Assembly (NCBI GenBank): GCA_016748015.1
Contig: JAAOMT010000553.1
Location: 87,828-151,827, forward strand
Reading direction: 5' to 3'
Origin: Geosiphon pyriformis uo1
Taxonomy: Eukaryota > Fungi > Glomeromycota
Length of the DNA stretch: 64,000 bases
Position 1 is the first letter of the stretch. Every line of letters starts with the position of its first letter. The translations under genes were made by a program, and so were the position numbers. The notes under the pieces are model-generated. The model worked only from the letters and a program-made list of their open reading frames with translations, was not told the DNA's origin and did not search any database. Below are positions 12,524-26,800 of this stretch, in pieces.

Positions 12524-15500
12524 ACGAGTGAGGTCCAAATGTGACCTAGTGCTATACATCATACAAATGATCTAAACTAGATGCGAATTATGTGTTTTCT
12601 ACACGTGACCAGCCACTCGGGCCAGTCAGGACTACACTACACACCTATATGCACATAAACTGGATCTCCAATACCTGAAAAAAATGGACAAAACTTATGA
12701 AACCCAAAACCAACTCCAAAAGCCTTAGCCACTCCCAGCAACCTGACCACACCAGCCGAAAACACCATAGGCAAACCAGAAACTAAAGCAGGAGCGGAGC
12801 CATCACGTGGAATCAAACCATGCTTTTCCATAAACACTCAGTGTCTGGTCCGGACCAACCAAACATCATCCCGAAATGCTAGACAAAACTCATGCACAAA
12901 GCTCACAATCCTCTTAGCACCCTTCTTAGAATCTTTAAAGACCGAAACAGACTCACAAAACCATTCATTGAAAACAAAGCCTTTACACAGAGCAACACTA
13001 ACTCCAACCTCAGAAACACAAAAAGCCAAGGCCTATAAGACACATGAAGAAGAGCGAAAAAGACCAGAAAGAGCCTCCCAAGCTAAAGCATATGCACCCA
13101 ACAAATGAGCATGGCCAACGGCATCCTGAGAACATGAAAAGACATGATCCGAGGTTTCAACATCACCACAAAACAGACAGACCACACTGGGGTATCTTCT
13201 ATCATATAAATGCTTGTGCACAGCAACAGGAAGCCGATGATGGAGAGCCTTCATAAAGTAAGTATGACAGCCTGCCATGCACATGCTGGTAAAACCGGAT
13301 GCCAAGTGAGAATTGGGGTGCCACACCATAGAAGACTTAGACCAATTGATATCAGCATGCAAACTATTATCCACAACACAAGAACCCACTCCAATCTCCC
13401 AACGAGCTCGATGAACTAACCAGAAAACATCATGAACAAAGTGTCTAGAATTACCAGAAACTGCTGTACCACCAGCACATAAAAAACGTTCACTGACTAA
13501 ATAAGGTAGGCGCCAAGCAGAGAGAGCAGCACCTTTGGCAAGCGCATCAGCACACTCGTTGCCTGAGACACCTGAATAATCTTTCACCTTAACCCAATTT
13601 ACATCCAAATTCTTTTGATGAATGACGGTGGCAATGTGACGACGCTCGATCCAACAGCAGTTCCTGAAATCCAGACAAACCAGCAAAGACTCTGATCTAC
13701 ATGCATCCAAAGCAGCCTGGCTATCCGAGAACAAGTCAATTGAACGAGAAAAAAGAACACACTCAAGGGCCAAAGCTATGGCTTGCAGTTCTGTCAGAGT
13801 AGAAGAAACCAAACCAGTCACCCCAACACCTAAACCCAAGTTAATGTCCTCAAAAAAGACGGCAGCACCTGCTCTCATGTCAACAGTGCCCAGACCAGAA
13901 AGAGATTTATTCGTATACACAGAAAGGCGGGCAGCATCAATGGTCGGCAAAGTGTCACGAATTACACCAAAATCATGAGAAAGACAAATATCAGACACTG
14001 CATGACCATCCACCAAAGAAAAGCTTGAGGAGAGAGGCACAACACTACCAAGAAAGCGAACAGAAAGATTAAACCAGAAAGGGACTGGGCCATGAGGGTC
14101 CAGCCTTTTCCAATGCTTGAAGGTCCCCCAACTGAAAACATCACCATTATGGTCATGAAGCTGTTCCACAAAAGCAATTCCATAACACCTGAGCGAAGAG
14201 ATGCACTTGAAAAAACAGGATTTACCAAGAACCAAAGACATAGGAGTACTGCACTGACGACAAAAAGCACAAGCTAGAGGGCCTCCCAAAGACAAATCAC
14301 ACCCAGAAAAAATGCAAACCACACCCGCCAAAAAATTATCTAAGGGACTGATACCAACACGAGCCGGAAACAGCAAGGGATAACAAGGATGCCAGCTGAA
14401 AACCTGGAGGTCATGAGACCTATGAGAAAACAAACGACCCAAGACACCAGTAGAATTTGCAAAAGCAACAATAGAGGCCAATTTACTCTCAGCCTGGATC
14501 TGTTCGAAAGTTTTTAAATTGTACAAAGAGGGGTGATGAAGTGCATTACTGGGGAAATCACGTGGCAATCCAGACTTTGACTTTAAGACCTTGTATATCA
14601 AAGCATCCCATTTACTACAAACACCAACAGAAATGAAACTGAACTGAGTCCTGTAGCTGATGATAGAGAAAAAGACTGCAGACACCAAATATGCATACTG
14701 TTTGTCCGAAATTGCCTTTCTCAAAACAAGATTCACAAAAAACCATACATCAGCCTGAGCTTTAGCCAAGCTAGGCTTCGAAAGACCCTCAGAAGACAAA
14801 AAAATACCCAAATAGCGATGAGATTCCCCTCTCTTGGCAATGGAAATAGGCGCATCACTGATAGTTAAATAAGGATCCAGCACCCGGCAATTGATGGGAA
14901 TGGCCACCGTTTTGTCATTGTTTACAGAAATATCATTAAACCTAAAAAACTCACTAGCAACATCAAGGATGTGTTGTGTAGCAGTCTGGCTACTACCAAC
15001 CCAAATAGTATCATTGACAAAAGTGCCGGCAGCAAGAAACAAAGACAGCCCAGCTTGAGGATCCACCTGGCCAGTTCTAGATATGAAATGAGAATTCAAC
15101 CTGTAGCCATACACACTATCCTGTCTCTTGATCTCGCACAAAAGTGAATCATAGAAAATACGCCAGAGAAGAGGCGAAAAGACTTCTCCCTGATCCAGCC
15201 CATCGTGGACACAATACCTATCAGTCAAGCCAAAGTCAGTCATCACTCTGTTAATGCAACCATTGTGAATACTGCCAAAAAATCTAATAAACCTGTCACA
15301 CATTTTGATCCTGACTAGACTCCTCCTAAGATGTTCCCAACCAACCGAGTTATAAGCCTTGCGCATGTCTTGTAAAACCAGCCAAAGTTCATGGTTCTTC
15401 TCCAAGGCATCCTCAACCACAGAACTGATAGCAAAAATGGGAGATTGTATCATTGTACCCTTCAAAACCAAAAAATTGTCCCCATGAAGAACATCAAAAG

Positions 15501-17236
15501 TGCTGCAAGCCAGAGAGATCCTATCTGAAAGGATTTTGGAGAGAATTTTGCAGGCTGTTTCAATTAAAGCTATAGGATGGGTGTTCATGAGAACTCCCTT
15601 CCATTCATATGGTTTAGAAATCATCGAAACCCAAGCTTCTTTCCAAGGCCCAGGGACCGACTTGCCAACCAAACAGAAATTCAAGAGCACCAAAAGCATA
15701 TTCAAAACAGATTTGTCACAATGTTTCCATAATTCATTGGAGATACCAGAAAGACCAGCCGCTTTTTCATCAGGAAGATCCTTAACAACAGCTGACAACT
15801 CATCAAAACTAATTGAACACATGACATCAAAGAAAGCACCATCGAACACATAATCCAGAGGCCAATATTGACGAGCCCAATCCTCAGACAAGTCAGACAC
15901 CATCTCACATTTTCTGGTCCATCCCTCCATAATTTTGTCCACCTTAGACTTAACCAAAACAGGCTCTAAAATCAACTCATCTTCTACAACCAAATGATCC
16001 AGGACCACCTTGCAAAAAGAACGCTCCAAGACACTCCTAATGGTGTAACTCTTGTTCAGCTCAAAACTCTCCATTCTTCTATTAATAGCCTGCTTAATAG
16101 AGGATTCCTCAGTGCACTTGGATTCCACTAATTTGAAGGAGTGGTATGATTTTCTTGCTTTGGCCAGTGCAGAATGAATAAGATCAAAATTAGAACCTAA
16201 AAGAAACAGAGACTTAACTACCGATGCACCAGGAGAGTCGAGTCTGTGCCACACCTCCAACAAAGAAGCAAAACCATCACTAGAAGCCAAACGCGATGCC
16301 TTGACCAACTTAAAAACCAGCAGCTCCAGCTTGTGAAACCTAGAAGAAGTCTTAGTAAACACGCTATCAAAACCTTTAAACCATTTTTTCTTAAATGTAC
16401 CACCCGCTGAAAGAACCATAGTCTTGCGAACAATGTTCCACATAGTGTCCACATCTGAAAATCTTACTGCCACACCAAAAGCATCCAAGAACAAAGAGAC
16501 ATTAGCAGCTAAGGTGTCCTTGAACTCCAACTACTTAGCTTTACTGGCACTTTTGACGTCAAACTTCCAACAGTCTTTATTCACTTGCTTGCGAAGAAAA
16601 TTCAAACACGTATCCAAGAGCCCGCCCAAACCCAAATCCACTAAAACAGCTTGATGGTCCGTGTCAAAATACTCACTGACATTCAAAACTTCACGACGCA
16701 CTATCGCATTGACAAGACTCGAGGAGACAAACACGTAATCAATTGTTTTCTTAACACCCTTAAAATTTTCTCAAGTGGGCATCTTTGCAGCCGGGCTACC
16801 AACTAAAGAATTGACCAGACCCAAATCAAAACATCTTTTGAAACTTGCACTTTTATGAGAGCCATCTTCATTAAAATCGCCACCGAGAATGATGAAAGAA
16901 GATTCGTTGACAGCCTTTACAATGAGAGAATTGATTTCACCAGCCTGAGAGAACCAAACCACCGAAGAAGCACTAGCATAAAGCCCCAAAATTGACACAG
17001 AAAGTTTACCCTTGAAAAGTAATTTAATGGAAAGGAGCCGACCAGGCACCTCAGAAATCTTGCACACATGACAAGCCAAAGAAACGTCTATGATAACAGC
17101 AACACCCGCACCCAAGTGACCAGAGTCCAAACCAGAAGTGAACACTCGGACACCATCAAACTTGTCTGCAATCCACGGACAAACCCTACTTCTCAATTTT
17201 GTTTCAGTAACAATAAAGACCAAATTGTTCATTTCC
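12524..17236 (-). mobile_element. Relatively young 5'-truncated LINE; ORF2 = APE endonuclease, RT, RNase H, Cys domain, with a few nonsense mutations
   Basis: ORF pieces 17232-12637 all in one frame: APE (VTETKL, GGDFNE, DTDH), RT (QGEVFSPLLW, FVND), RNase H (YTNKS, ELQAI, SDSQAA, GNECADALA), CLFC...DHVFSC. A-rich 3' tail at ~12500-12523. Confidence 0.95.
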
Positions 17237-18929
17237 TGATTTTTTTAAAACTTAAAACCATTAGCATACATTTTTAAAGCACTAAATAACAATTAATATT
17301 TATTATTTATATTAAAAATTAATATTAAATTAAAACTAAGTTTTATTATAGTAAGTTTTTTAAAAAAATTGAATTTTTTAAATAAAATAAATAAATTTAT
17401 AAACATATTATATTACAACTTAAATTTTTAATAAATTATATGTTTTTTATTATTATTTTTATTATTTTTATTATTATAAAACATTAAAATTAATTATATA
17501 ATTATTAATTAATTAAAAAAATATATTAAATATTTAAAATATAAATTTTTTTTTATATTTTTATAATTACTTTTTTTTTAAAATTTATTAACAAGTACAA
17601 TTTAATTATTATTTAATATATATAAACAAATTAATATTTATAATTAAATATAATTTATATATTTATTATATATAATCAGTTATTTAAGTTAGTTAAAACT
17701 ATATTATATATTTATATTTATACAAATATTATTATTAAGACTAAAAAAACAGATACTTATTATATAAATTAAAATTAACTGTAAAAACTTTAATAATATT
17801 AGATATATAAATCATTTTACTAGATAAACTATTAGTTAAATTATATAAATTATAAAAAACAAATATATTATTATTAATAAAATCATTTTTTTTATTATAA
17901 TTTTATATTTAAATTTATATAATTACATATTTTTTCTATAATTTACTATTAAATAACATGTAAAAAAACCAAATATAAGCAAATTTACTTAATAAAATAT
18001 TTAAATAAACAAAAAATATAAGCAAATAAGCTTAATATTTTTGAATATCAATATTATTTTAACAAACCAAATATTAAAAACAAAACTTTTATATATAATA
18101 ATATACAAAATATTATTTAAAACACCAAAAGTAAAAGATTATAAAATTAAAGATAATAAAAATAAAACATTAGTAAATAATACTCAAAATTCAAACAAAT
18201 TTTTTAATAACTTTAAACAAATAACAAAATTTGTTTACATTAATTTTTTTACAATAAAAACAAAAAATCCCAAAGTATTATTTATTATTTAAATATTTTT
18301 AAACAGTATTACTTGTAAAATAAAACAAAAAATTAAAAATTAAAAAAATATAGTAAAAATAACTAGTAGTAAAATATAAGATTATTAGAACATATAATAT
18401 TAAAAATTTTAAAAATACTAATAAAAATTTTAGAAATTTCAAAAATACCAAAAATTCTAAAAATACTTACAAAAATATCAAAATTTCTAGGAATATCAAA
18501 ATTTTTAACAATAATTTAGAAATTTTATATTATGAAAATTTATGTATATATAACAAAAATATTAAAAACAGAAAAGACAAATAAATTTAATTAAATAATT
18601 AAAACCAATTTAATTTTATTTTTATAAATATTTTTTATAATTAAAACAAACTAATACTTAAAATTTATAATTATTTTTAAATAAAATAATTAAATTATAT
18701 TAAAATCTAATTGGTTTTTTATTAATATTATAATAATATTAATAATATTAAAACAATAATTATAAAAACTTTTTTTTTCTACATCCTAAATTTTTTAAAG
18801 AGTATATTTTTAAAAAGAAAGTTTTTTATTTTTTTTTGTTATTTCTTTGTAAATATTTTTCAAGCAAATAATTTTTTGTAATAAACTTAGTAACTATTTC
18901 AGATAATATTATGTCTAAAAAGAAAGCAT

Positions 18930-19863
18930 TGTTACTGAAAGTTTTTGGTTTCTTTTCTTGAATGTTGTTAATGTTTGTTTGCTATTAATTCACATTTTCT
19001 GAAAGTTAATAGACTTCCAATAACTGAATTTATATTTAAATTATCTCCTATAATTTGAACTGCTAAATTTATAAGTAAAATAACCAATTCCATACCAGTT
19101 ACTTTGTAGTAAAAGTCAACTCTTTCTCAAGAATTGCTTATCTAAAAACTCACTAAAATATGTAGTTATTTTGCTGTAAAAGTCAACTCTTCTATAGGAA
19201 TTTTGTCTGTAAACTACCCTAATAATTATTATAATAAAAATAAGAAATATAAAAAAAATATAAAAGAAATAAAATTTTGTCAAGGAAATTGTTTTCTGTT
19301 CAGATCTGGAGTTACTAACGAATTATTGAAATTGGTAGCTAATTAATTTCAAAATATTAGTTGAGTTTTGGAAGTTTTTAAGTATAAATAGTTAAAAAAT
19401 TTGGTTTTCAAGTATTTTGATGTTTTTATTACTTTTTATAAAGTTAATTAATTCGAAGTAAGATAATTGTGAATAAGATATATTTTTTCGAAAAGAAAAG
19501 CTCTTTTTTTATACAACTTGTTATAGTACTAGTCTATAAATTTGAACTTTTTTTTTTGCTATAATTTTGATAAACTAAATATATATTTCAATAAACTATT
19601 AACTATTTCAGTGAATTATTTATTATTTCAGCAAATTTTTACAAATTTTGGTGAATTTTTAAGTATTATTTAATTCAGAATATTGTGCAATTTGATTATT
19701 TTAATTTCTATTGTATAAATCAGATTATTAATTAAATAGTAATATTTGATAATTTGATTAAATTATAAGTAATAATTTAAATTAATATTAATATATGCTA
19801 ATTAATAATAAGAATTATAAAGGTAATTTTAATTAGTTAATAGTTAAAATTTTATTGGTAACA
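18930..19863 (-). mobile_element. Solo LTR, family A
   Basis: TGTTAC...GTAACA; TSD gcat/gtat; splits the first codons of LINE ORF1. Confidence 0.88.
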
Positions 19864-22731
19864 GTATTTAAGAGAATTTTGTATGATTTTGTTAAAGGTT
19901 TTTTTCCCAAAAAAAAAATTTTATTGATAATATTAAGCATTTTAATAATAAAAAATATATTTTTTTAGTCAAATCTGGTGTTGATAATAATATATATTCG
20001 AATATGAACAGTAAGTCTAATAATAGTAAAAATAATAGTGTTTTAGTTGATATTGAAGATGACTTCTTTTTTGTTTTAGCAGTGAATATTTTTAAAGCTA
20101 AAAAAATGAATACTGGTCTGGTCTGTGGCTCTCCTATTGGTTTAATTAATTATAGCATAAATAAAAATAAAAACTTTTTCCTTTCTTTCTTAATCTTTCT
20201 TTTGAAAAAAAATGAATTGATTTTAAAATAGTAAAGACTTAATTAGAAGTAGCTGTTAAAAAATTTTTGCTTTAGACATTAATTGAAAGAAGTTAGTAAT
20301 AGCAAAAACTCTGGTAATTAGAAAATTTTTTTCAATAATCAATGATTTTAAAGGGCTATTATCTTTTCAAAATTTGAAAAAATTATCTAATTAATGTTTA
20401 CATCTAAAAAAAATATAAAGAAGACTGTATTATTGGCTGAAAATAAGAAAAATATCATAAATAATAATGTTAAAAAACAAAAAATGTGCTTAGATCAGAC
20501 TGTGATAATTAAAGAAATTTTTATAAATACACCAAAAAAAATAATTATTGATACAATATCTGAGTTTGGACAAATTAAGTTAATTTGATTGCAATTAGTT
20601 AGGCTGTGGCAGAAAACTATAGTGAAGTTTGCCAAATTGGAGCAAACAAATTAGTTGACAGAAAAATGGTTGTTTTTAATTAAAAAAAATTCAATATGTA
20701 TAGTCAAGACTGTAAAAGATTGTAAGATTTGAATATTAAGGGATTGTGTTAGAATGCTTTTGTTTATTCTGTTAGTAAAAATAACAGTTTATAATTTTGG
20801 TATTTTTTTAAAAAAAAGAAAAATTTGTATTATCAATTGTTTACTTGAAACTGTCAATAAGGTTTACTATACTGTAATTGGCTTTAAATCAAAGAAAAAA
20901 CTTGAATTTGTCTTTTATATAAAGCCAATTTTTGGTAGTATAAAACTTATTTGGGCTAGAATAAATTTGGTTTGGTGTAAAAAGTGTAGGAGATTTGGTC
21001 ATTTTGCTTTAAAGTACAATACACTAAATGCATCTACTCCAAAGCTCTTGAAAATATTTAAAAGACCTATTTCAAATACAAATTGTTTTTAATTGGCCAA
21101 GTTATATGTAAAAAAAAGTGTTTTTATCTTCCATTTTATTGTCTTTGATAGCAAATTATAAGCACAAATAGTCTTATTTGCTTTTATTTTTAATGATGAT
21201 GGCTTTGGTTCTGGTTTTAAGTTGTCTTCTTATGGTATTTTTTATAAAAAAAGAGGTTTTTTGGCTAATTAGAACAATTTTTTAATTAATACCTATTTAG
21301 TTTCTTTGGAATACTTCTTAGAGCTTTTGGCTAATCAGATTTCTGGTATTATATAACAATTAAGCAATATAATACTAGTAACTTTAATGCTCAATTCTTA
21401 ATTTTTGCTTTTAGTAGTTTTTGTGTTAGCATTGTTAAAGTTAGATACAGACATAGTTTTGAATGACTCTTAGTTATCTTTTGTTTTTTTTTCTTAGACA
21501 ATGAAAAACAAGGTTTTGAATTTAGATTTAAGTAGTTTGAAGGTTTTTATTACTAAGATAGGTGGATTAAAATCAAAATTAGTAGCTTTTAAAGTTTTTG
21601 TTGGCTTAATTTTGAAGAAGTTAGATTAGTTATATGCAAATTCAGATTTTTTGGTATATTTTTTATCTTAATAGATAAGTTTATCTGAAAATTAGCTACA
21701 TGTAATATTAAGAGTATGAAAATTTGGTAAAACAAAAGAACATTGTTTATTGGTATTTGAAATCTAAAAATATGATTTTTATTTATATTAAGATTAAGTT
21801 GAGGTTTAATATTAGGTTATAGATTGAAAATAAGTTTAATAGTATTTGAATTTTTATATTAAGTATTTAAAAAAGTTTTTTTGGTGCTAAAATAACTGTT
21901 GTTATAAACTATTCTTTGATTTGACATGTGTCAAAGGTTAAAAAAGTTTCTAACAAAGTCATTTTAGTTTGGTTGTTGTTTAAAGACAAATTTTCAGTTA
22001 TAGTTCTAAGTTTATATGCTAATGTATCAACCAGAATGTGATTTAATTAGGCTTTTAATGTTAATTTAGTTATTTTTAATGTAATCAATTCTAGCTTCTT
22101 TGTAATTCTGGATGGTAATTTCAATAAGAATGGTTCTAAAAAGTGTACAAGTTTTAAGAAATGTTCAAATATAAGTTTAATTAACTTATTAAATGGATAT
22201 TTTTTGGTTAAGTTAACTACTTAAAACAATTTCAGATAAGTAAAAAAGATTATTGACTATATTTTTATAAGTAAAAGTCTGTTTTCAGCAATTATTGAAT
22301 ATAAGATTAGATCTGTATTTGAGTTCTTTAATACTGATCATAAGACAATTATAGTTTTAGTTAGATTAAAAAGTCTATTAAATGTTTATTTAAACAATGT
22401 TTATAAGTAAGCTAATAAAGATTAGTAAAAGTTTTAAATTAAGGATACAAATAAGGTTAAATAGATGCATTTTAAAGATTGTTCTTCTGTTAAATTGTTG
22501 ACAGCACTAAGTAATTTTGTAAATACAAAGAATAAAAAAAATCTGTATAAAATATGAAAAATGTTAAAAAATGTTGTAATTAACTTGACTGATAAGGTGT
22601 TTATTAAACATTGGTTCTATAATTTTGATTGTTCAAAAAACAAACAATCTTTGAAGTTTTTCAAACTAAAATTATTAATTGGTAAGATAGTAAAAAATTT
22701 GAATTCAAGTAGAGTGTCTGATTTTAAATAG

Positions 22732-23573
22732 TATTACTCATAAAATATAGAAATTATATATTAGTACATAAATTAGCCAATTAGAATAGATATAGTAAAA
22801 GTAAAATTCCAGAATTTCTTTTAGAGAAATTGCAGGATTTTAGAATTACAGAATTTCTATATGAAGAATTACAAAATTTTAAGAATTTCTGAATTCTTGG
22901 CTAGAAAATTGAAGAATTTAAGGAATCTTGTATAATAAAATTTATGTATATATAGTAAGAGTATTAAAAGCAAAAAAAGCAATTCTAGAAAAATTCAATA
23001 GAGTTTTATTAATTTAGAACAATACCCTTTCTTCAAAAGATAGTTTTTTATGACTTAAAGTAAAATCGTTCCCATATTAATAAAATTATTCATTATTCTC
23101 AAATCCATATTATTATCCACTACTTAACCTGCTGACACAATAGCTCTTGATCACAGCTATTAACAAGACACTTATTTCTTATTTTATTTTATTTTATTTT
23201 TTTATTTTTTTATTTTTTTTTATTTTTTTTTATTTTATTTTCTTTTGTTGTTCACTAAATTGATTAAAAAGATTAAGCACTGAGTTATTGATGTCAAAAA
23301 TTGTCTGATAAAAAACCTTTGCAAAAAAGTAAATACTTAAAATTAAGGATTATTTACCAGAGAATTGTTGGCCACCAAGCCAAGAAAAAAATTGATAAAA
23401 TTATGATTTCAGAAGGCTACTAAAACAAGTATTGAATCTCTGTCCATTATACAAAGAACTTAACCAAAATCTTTAGATCACAAAAACCTTCAGATACCAA
23501 CACCATTATATCAATTAAGTACCAAGTTATAGGTTTGTTATTTGTTTCAGACTCCAAATAATTATCTGTAACA
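22732..23573 (+). mobile_element. Solo LTR, family B
   Basis: TATTAC(TGTTAC)...GTAACA; TSD atag/atgg; reverse-complement homologue of the LTRs at 23882 and 29100. Confidence 0.8.
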
Positions 23574-23881
23574 ATGGCTTGTTAAAGTCTGGTTAATCAT
23601 TAATAATACTAAGACTTTTAAAGTTATTGTTATGTTCCATAATAGTATAGAACCAATAAAAATTATTGAATATTTGTCAAAAATTAAGAAGAGATATTAA
23701 AAATCAAAATACTATAAATTAGAAGTAGTCAAAGATGCATTTATCAAAAATGTGATTAAAAAGCAAATAGAAAATTTTAGTTTGGATAAAAAAAACATGA
23801 TAAAAAGTGTTTTAAAATAATTTTTTTGCAAGATTGTTCTGAATCATTTAGTAGTTAAAGAAAAGTTGATTTTGGAACTAG

Positions 23882-26800
23882 TATTATAGATAATTATTTA
23901 GAGTATTAGAACAAATAACAAACTTGTAACTTAGTGCTTAATAGCTGAAAATATTGGTAATTTTTGAAGGTTTTAGAATCTGAAAATTTTGGTTAAGTTT
24001 TTTATATAATAAACAGAGATTTAATTAATGGTTTTTTCTGTGAATTTTTTTTTAGCATAATAGCCAGTTTATTTTGGCAGTTATGCTCTTCTAATAAATT
24101 ATTCTTAAATTTCTACTCTTGTTCCTAAGTTTTTTATTAAACTATTTTTGACATCAAATACTCAATGCTTAATTTTTTTAATTAATTAGTAAACAACAAA
24201 AAAATAAAACAAAAAAAAACAAAAAATTAGCATCCTATTAATAATCATAATTAAAAGCTATTGGTTTAGTATAATTAAGTATTAAATTTTATTAATATAG
24301 AGTATTAATAGTATAGAATAGATTAATATTTCTTTAATCAAATAATGATAATATAAATTTGAATGATAATAGATGTTTTATTGATATAAGTATAATTTTA
24401 TTTTAAGTTATAAAAAACTATTTTTTGAAAAAAGAAGTATTGTTGTTTTGAGTTAATTTAAATTTTATTAAATACTTTTTCTGCTTTTAACATTTTCACT
24501 ATATATTCATAATTTATGTTATATAAGATTCTTTAAATTTTTTAATTCCTTTAAAAAAAATCTTGGAATTCTGGAATTCTGGAATTTTTCTTTTTATTAT
24601 GTTTATTTTTGATTGGTTATTTTACCTATTATTATAATTTCTAATTTTTATAAGTAATATTATTCTTTCTTTTTAATATTAAGCTCTATTGAAATCTCTT
24701 AAATTTCTTAAATCTATATTGATATATAAGTAAGATTCTAATCTGATGGCAGTTTTTCTGGAATATCTAAAATTAAATTTTGTATTAGTATTATATACAT
24801 GTTTTGACATAATATCTTTATTATTATTACTGAACCATTTAAGTTTCTGCTTCTTTAAAAGATTTGAGAGCATGATATATTGTTTAAGATTGTAATTGGA
24901 GTTTAAATTATTATTATTATTATTGTCATAGTGAATAGTATTAGAAATGGTGTTGTTATTATTATTACAGTCTAAATTGTAATTGAATTTTAATTTTGAT
25001 TCCAAAACATACTTATTGATTGGTTTTTTTTCTTCAAAAAATGAATAGATCATGTATAATAACAAATTTTAAATAAGATCATAATTATCACAATATTCAA
25101 AGTTACTGAAAATTAGGCAATATTTACAAAGTCTAATATTTAAATGTTCTAAACACTGCTCTTGTTTTTTTTAAGTAGGTGCTAGATTTTAATAATAAAG
25201 TGGTTTTTTCTTTAGTCTTAATGAATATAAAACATGCCAACTATTATTTGTTTCTTTTGAAAAGATAATAGTTTAAGATTTGTTCTCTTTTTTTTTTCTT
25301 GTTATTCCAGAATAGAATTGATAATAGCTTATTGTGGTTGTTATTAATTTATAAAACTTGATAAACTTCTCAGATAGGTTTGTTTATTTTTTTAAATTCG
25401 ATTAGTAATGGTGTTTGAATTGGTTTAAAGTGTTTGCAAGTAGCTGGTACTCAAGTATGCTGATTATTTTGACTGAGCTGTAGCTTTTGTATGGTCCAGT
25501 TAAGTACAGGATTGGTTTTAAACAGCCAGTTATTACCAATAAGAGCTTAATATTGTGTGGCTTCTATGACTAGAACTTTGATTAATACAATGATATCATT
25601 GACTTCAAAAAAAAGGCATCAATTTTGCCAATAGAAGTCTTTATTGTTTCATTGGCTATAATGATTTTAGTGTTGGCAGTTTGATTAACTTAGTGACTTA
25701 ATTGGTCTATAAGTTGTTGTGTGATAATATTGTCTGCTAAACTACTATCAAGAATTAGTTTAATAGAATGGCCATTAACTTTGGCATTAATATACATAGC
25801 AGTAATTGGTTTAGTGTTAAGAACAGCTTTACTAAAAAGAAACATTGTTAAGAATCTTTCTAATTTGAAAGAGAAGATGACTGTAAGTAACTTGTTTTCA
25901 ATAATTGTTATTGGTAGAATATTATTGGAAAGTTGTTGTTTTGGCTGTTTTAAATTGTTAGATTGAATGTTTTCTAAGGTAATTAAGAGACTTAAATAGT
26001 TCTAAAAATTTGGGTTTTGGGTGTACTCACTTTTCAAATTTCTTGGACATAATTTTGATATCTAATTTTAAGAACTGAAAATTGGTTGGTGCATAACCAT
26101 TGCCAATCTTCAGTTTTGTTGTACATGAATAATTCTTGGTCTTTGGCTTTCAATTAGTATTAACACAGTATTTTATAGTGGTGCTTGAATTTATTGGGGT
26201 TGATAAATGATTTGTGGTTGTGGCTAATATATTATTAATGCTAAAGTCTAATATACTGGAAGTAGATATATTGGTTGTTATATCATTAGAGTGTAATGAG
26301 ATTGATATTAATATTGTTCCTAATTCAAGATATAATTTGGAATTTGAGATCTACAATTGGGTTTTAATATTAACTTCCCAATTATTAGTTGTTAAATCTA
26401 AAATAACAATCTGCTTTTAGATAGCTTTGTTTATTACAATAATAGCAATTACACATTTGTTGTTGTCATAATTGATTGGCTGATAATAATAACAGATGTA
26501 ATTAATTTTGGAAATAATTAAAGTTTTCTGAATTATTACAACATTGAGAAGATTAATAAATTGCTTAATTATTAGCTAAGTATTTCTTGATTTTCTGATT
26601 GATAGTTTTGCTAAATTGCTTCAATTTGATATCTAATTCAGATGATCTATTCATCACTAAATTTATGGCTTAAACATAATTGGCTTTAAAATTTGCTAAT
26701 TTAAAATTTCTGGTGTGAGTGACTGCATTTTAGAAAGTATTTGAGTACATTAGACATACTTGTTGTAGTAAACCACTACATAATTCACAAATAAACTGGT

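Noticed and set aside
17240-18760. Short K/N/I-rich ORFs in very AT-rich DNA (also 5386-6776 and 33500-34800)
   Set aside because: Compositional by-products of decayed TEs; no independent gene signal.
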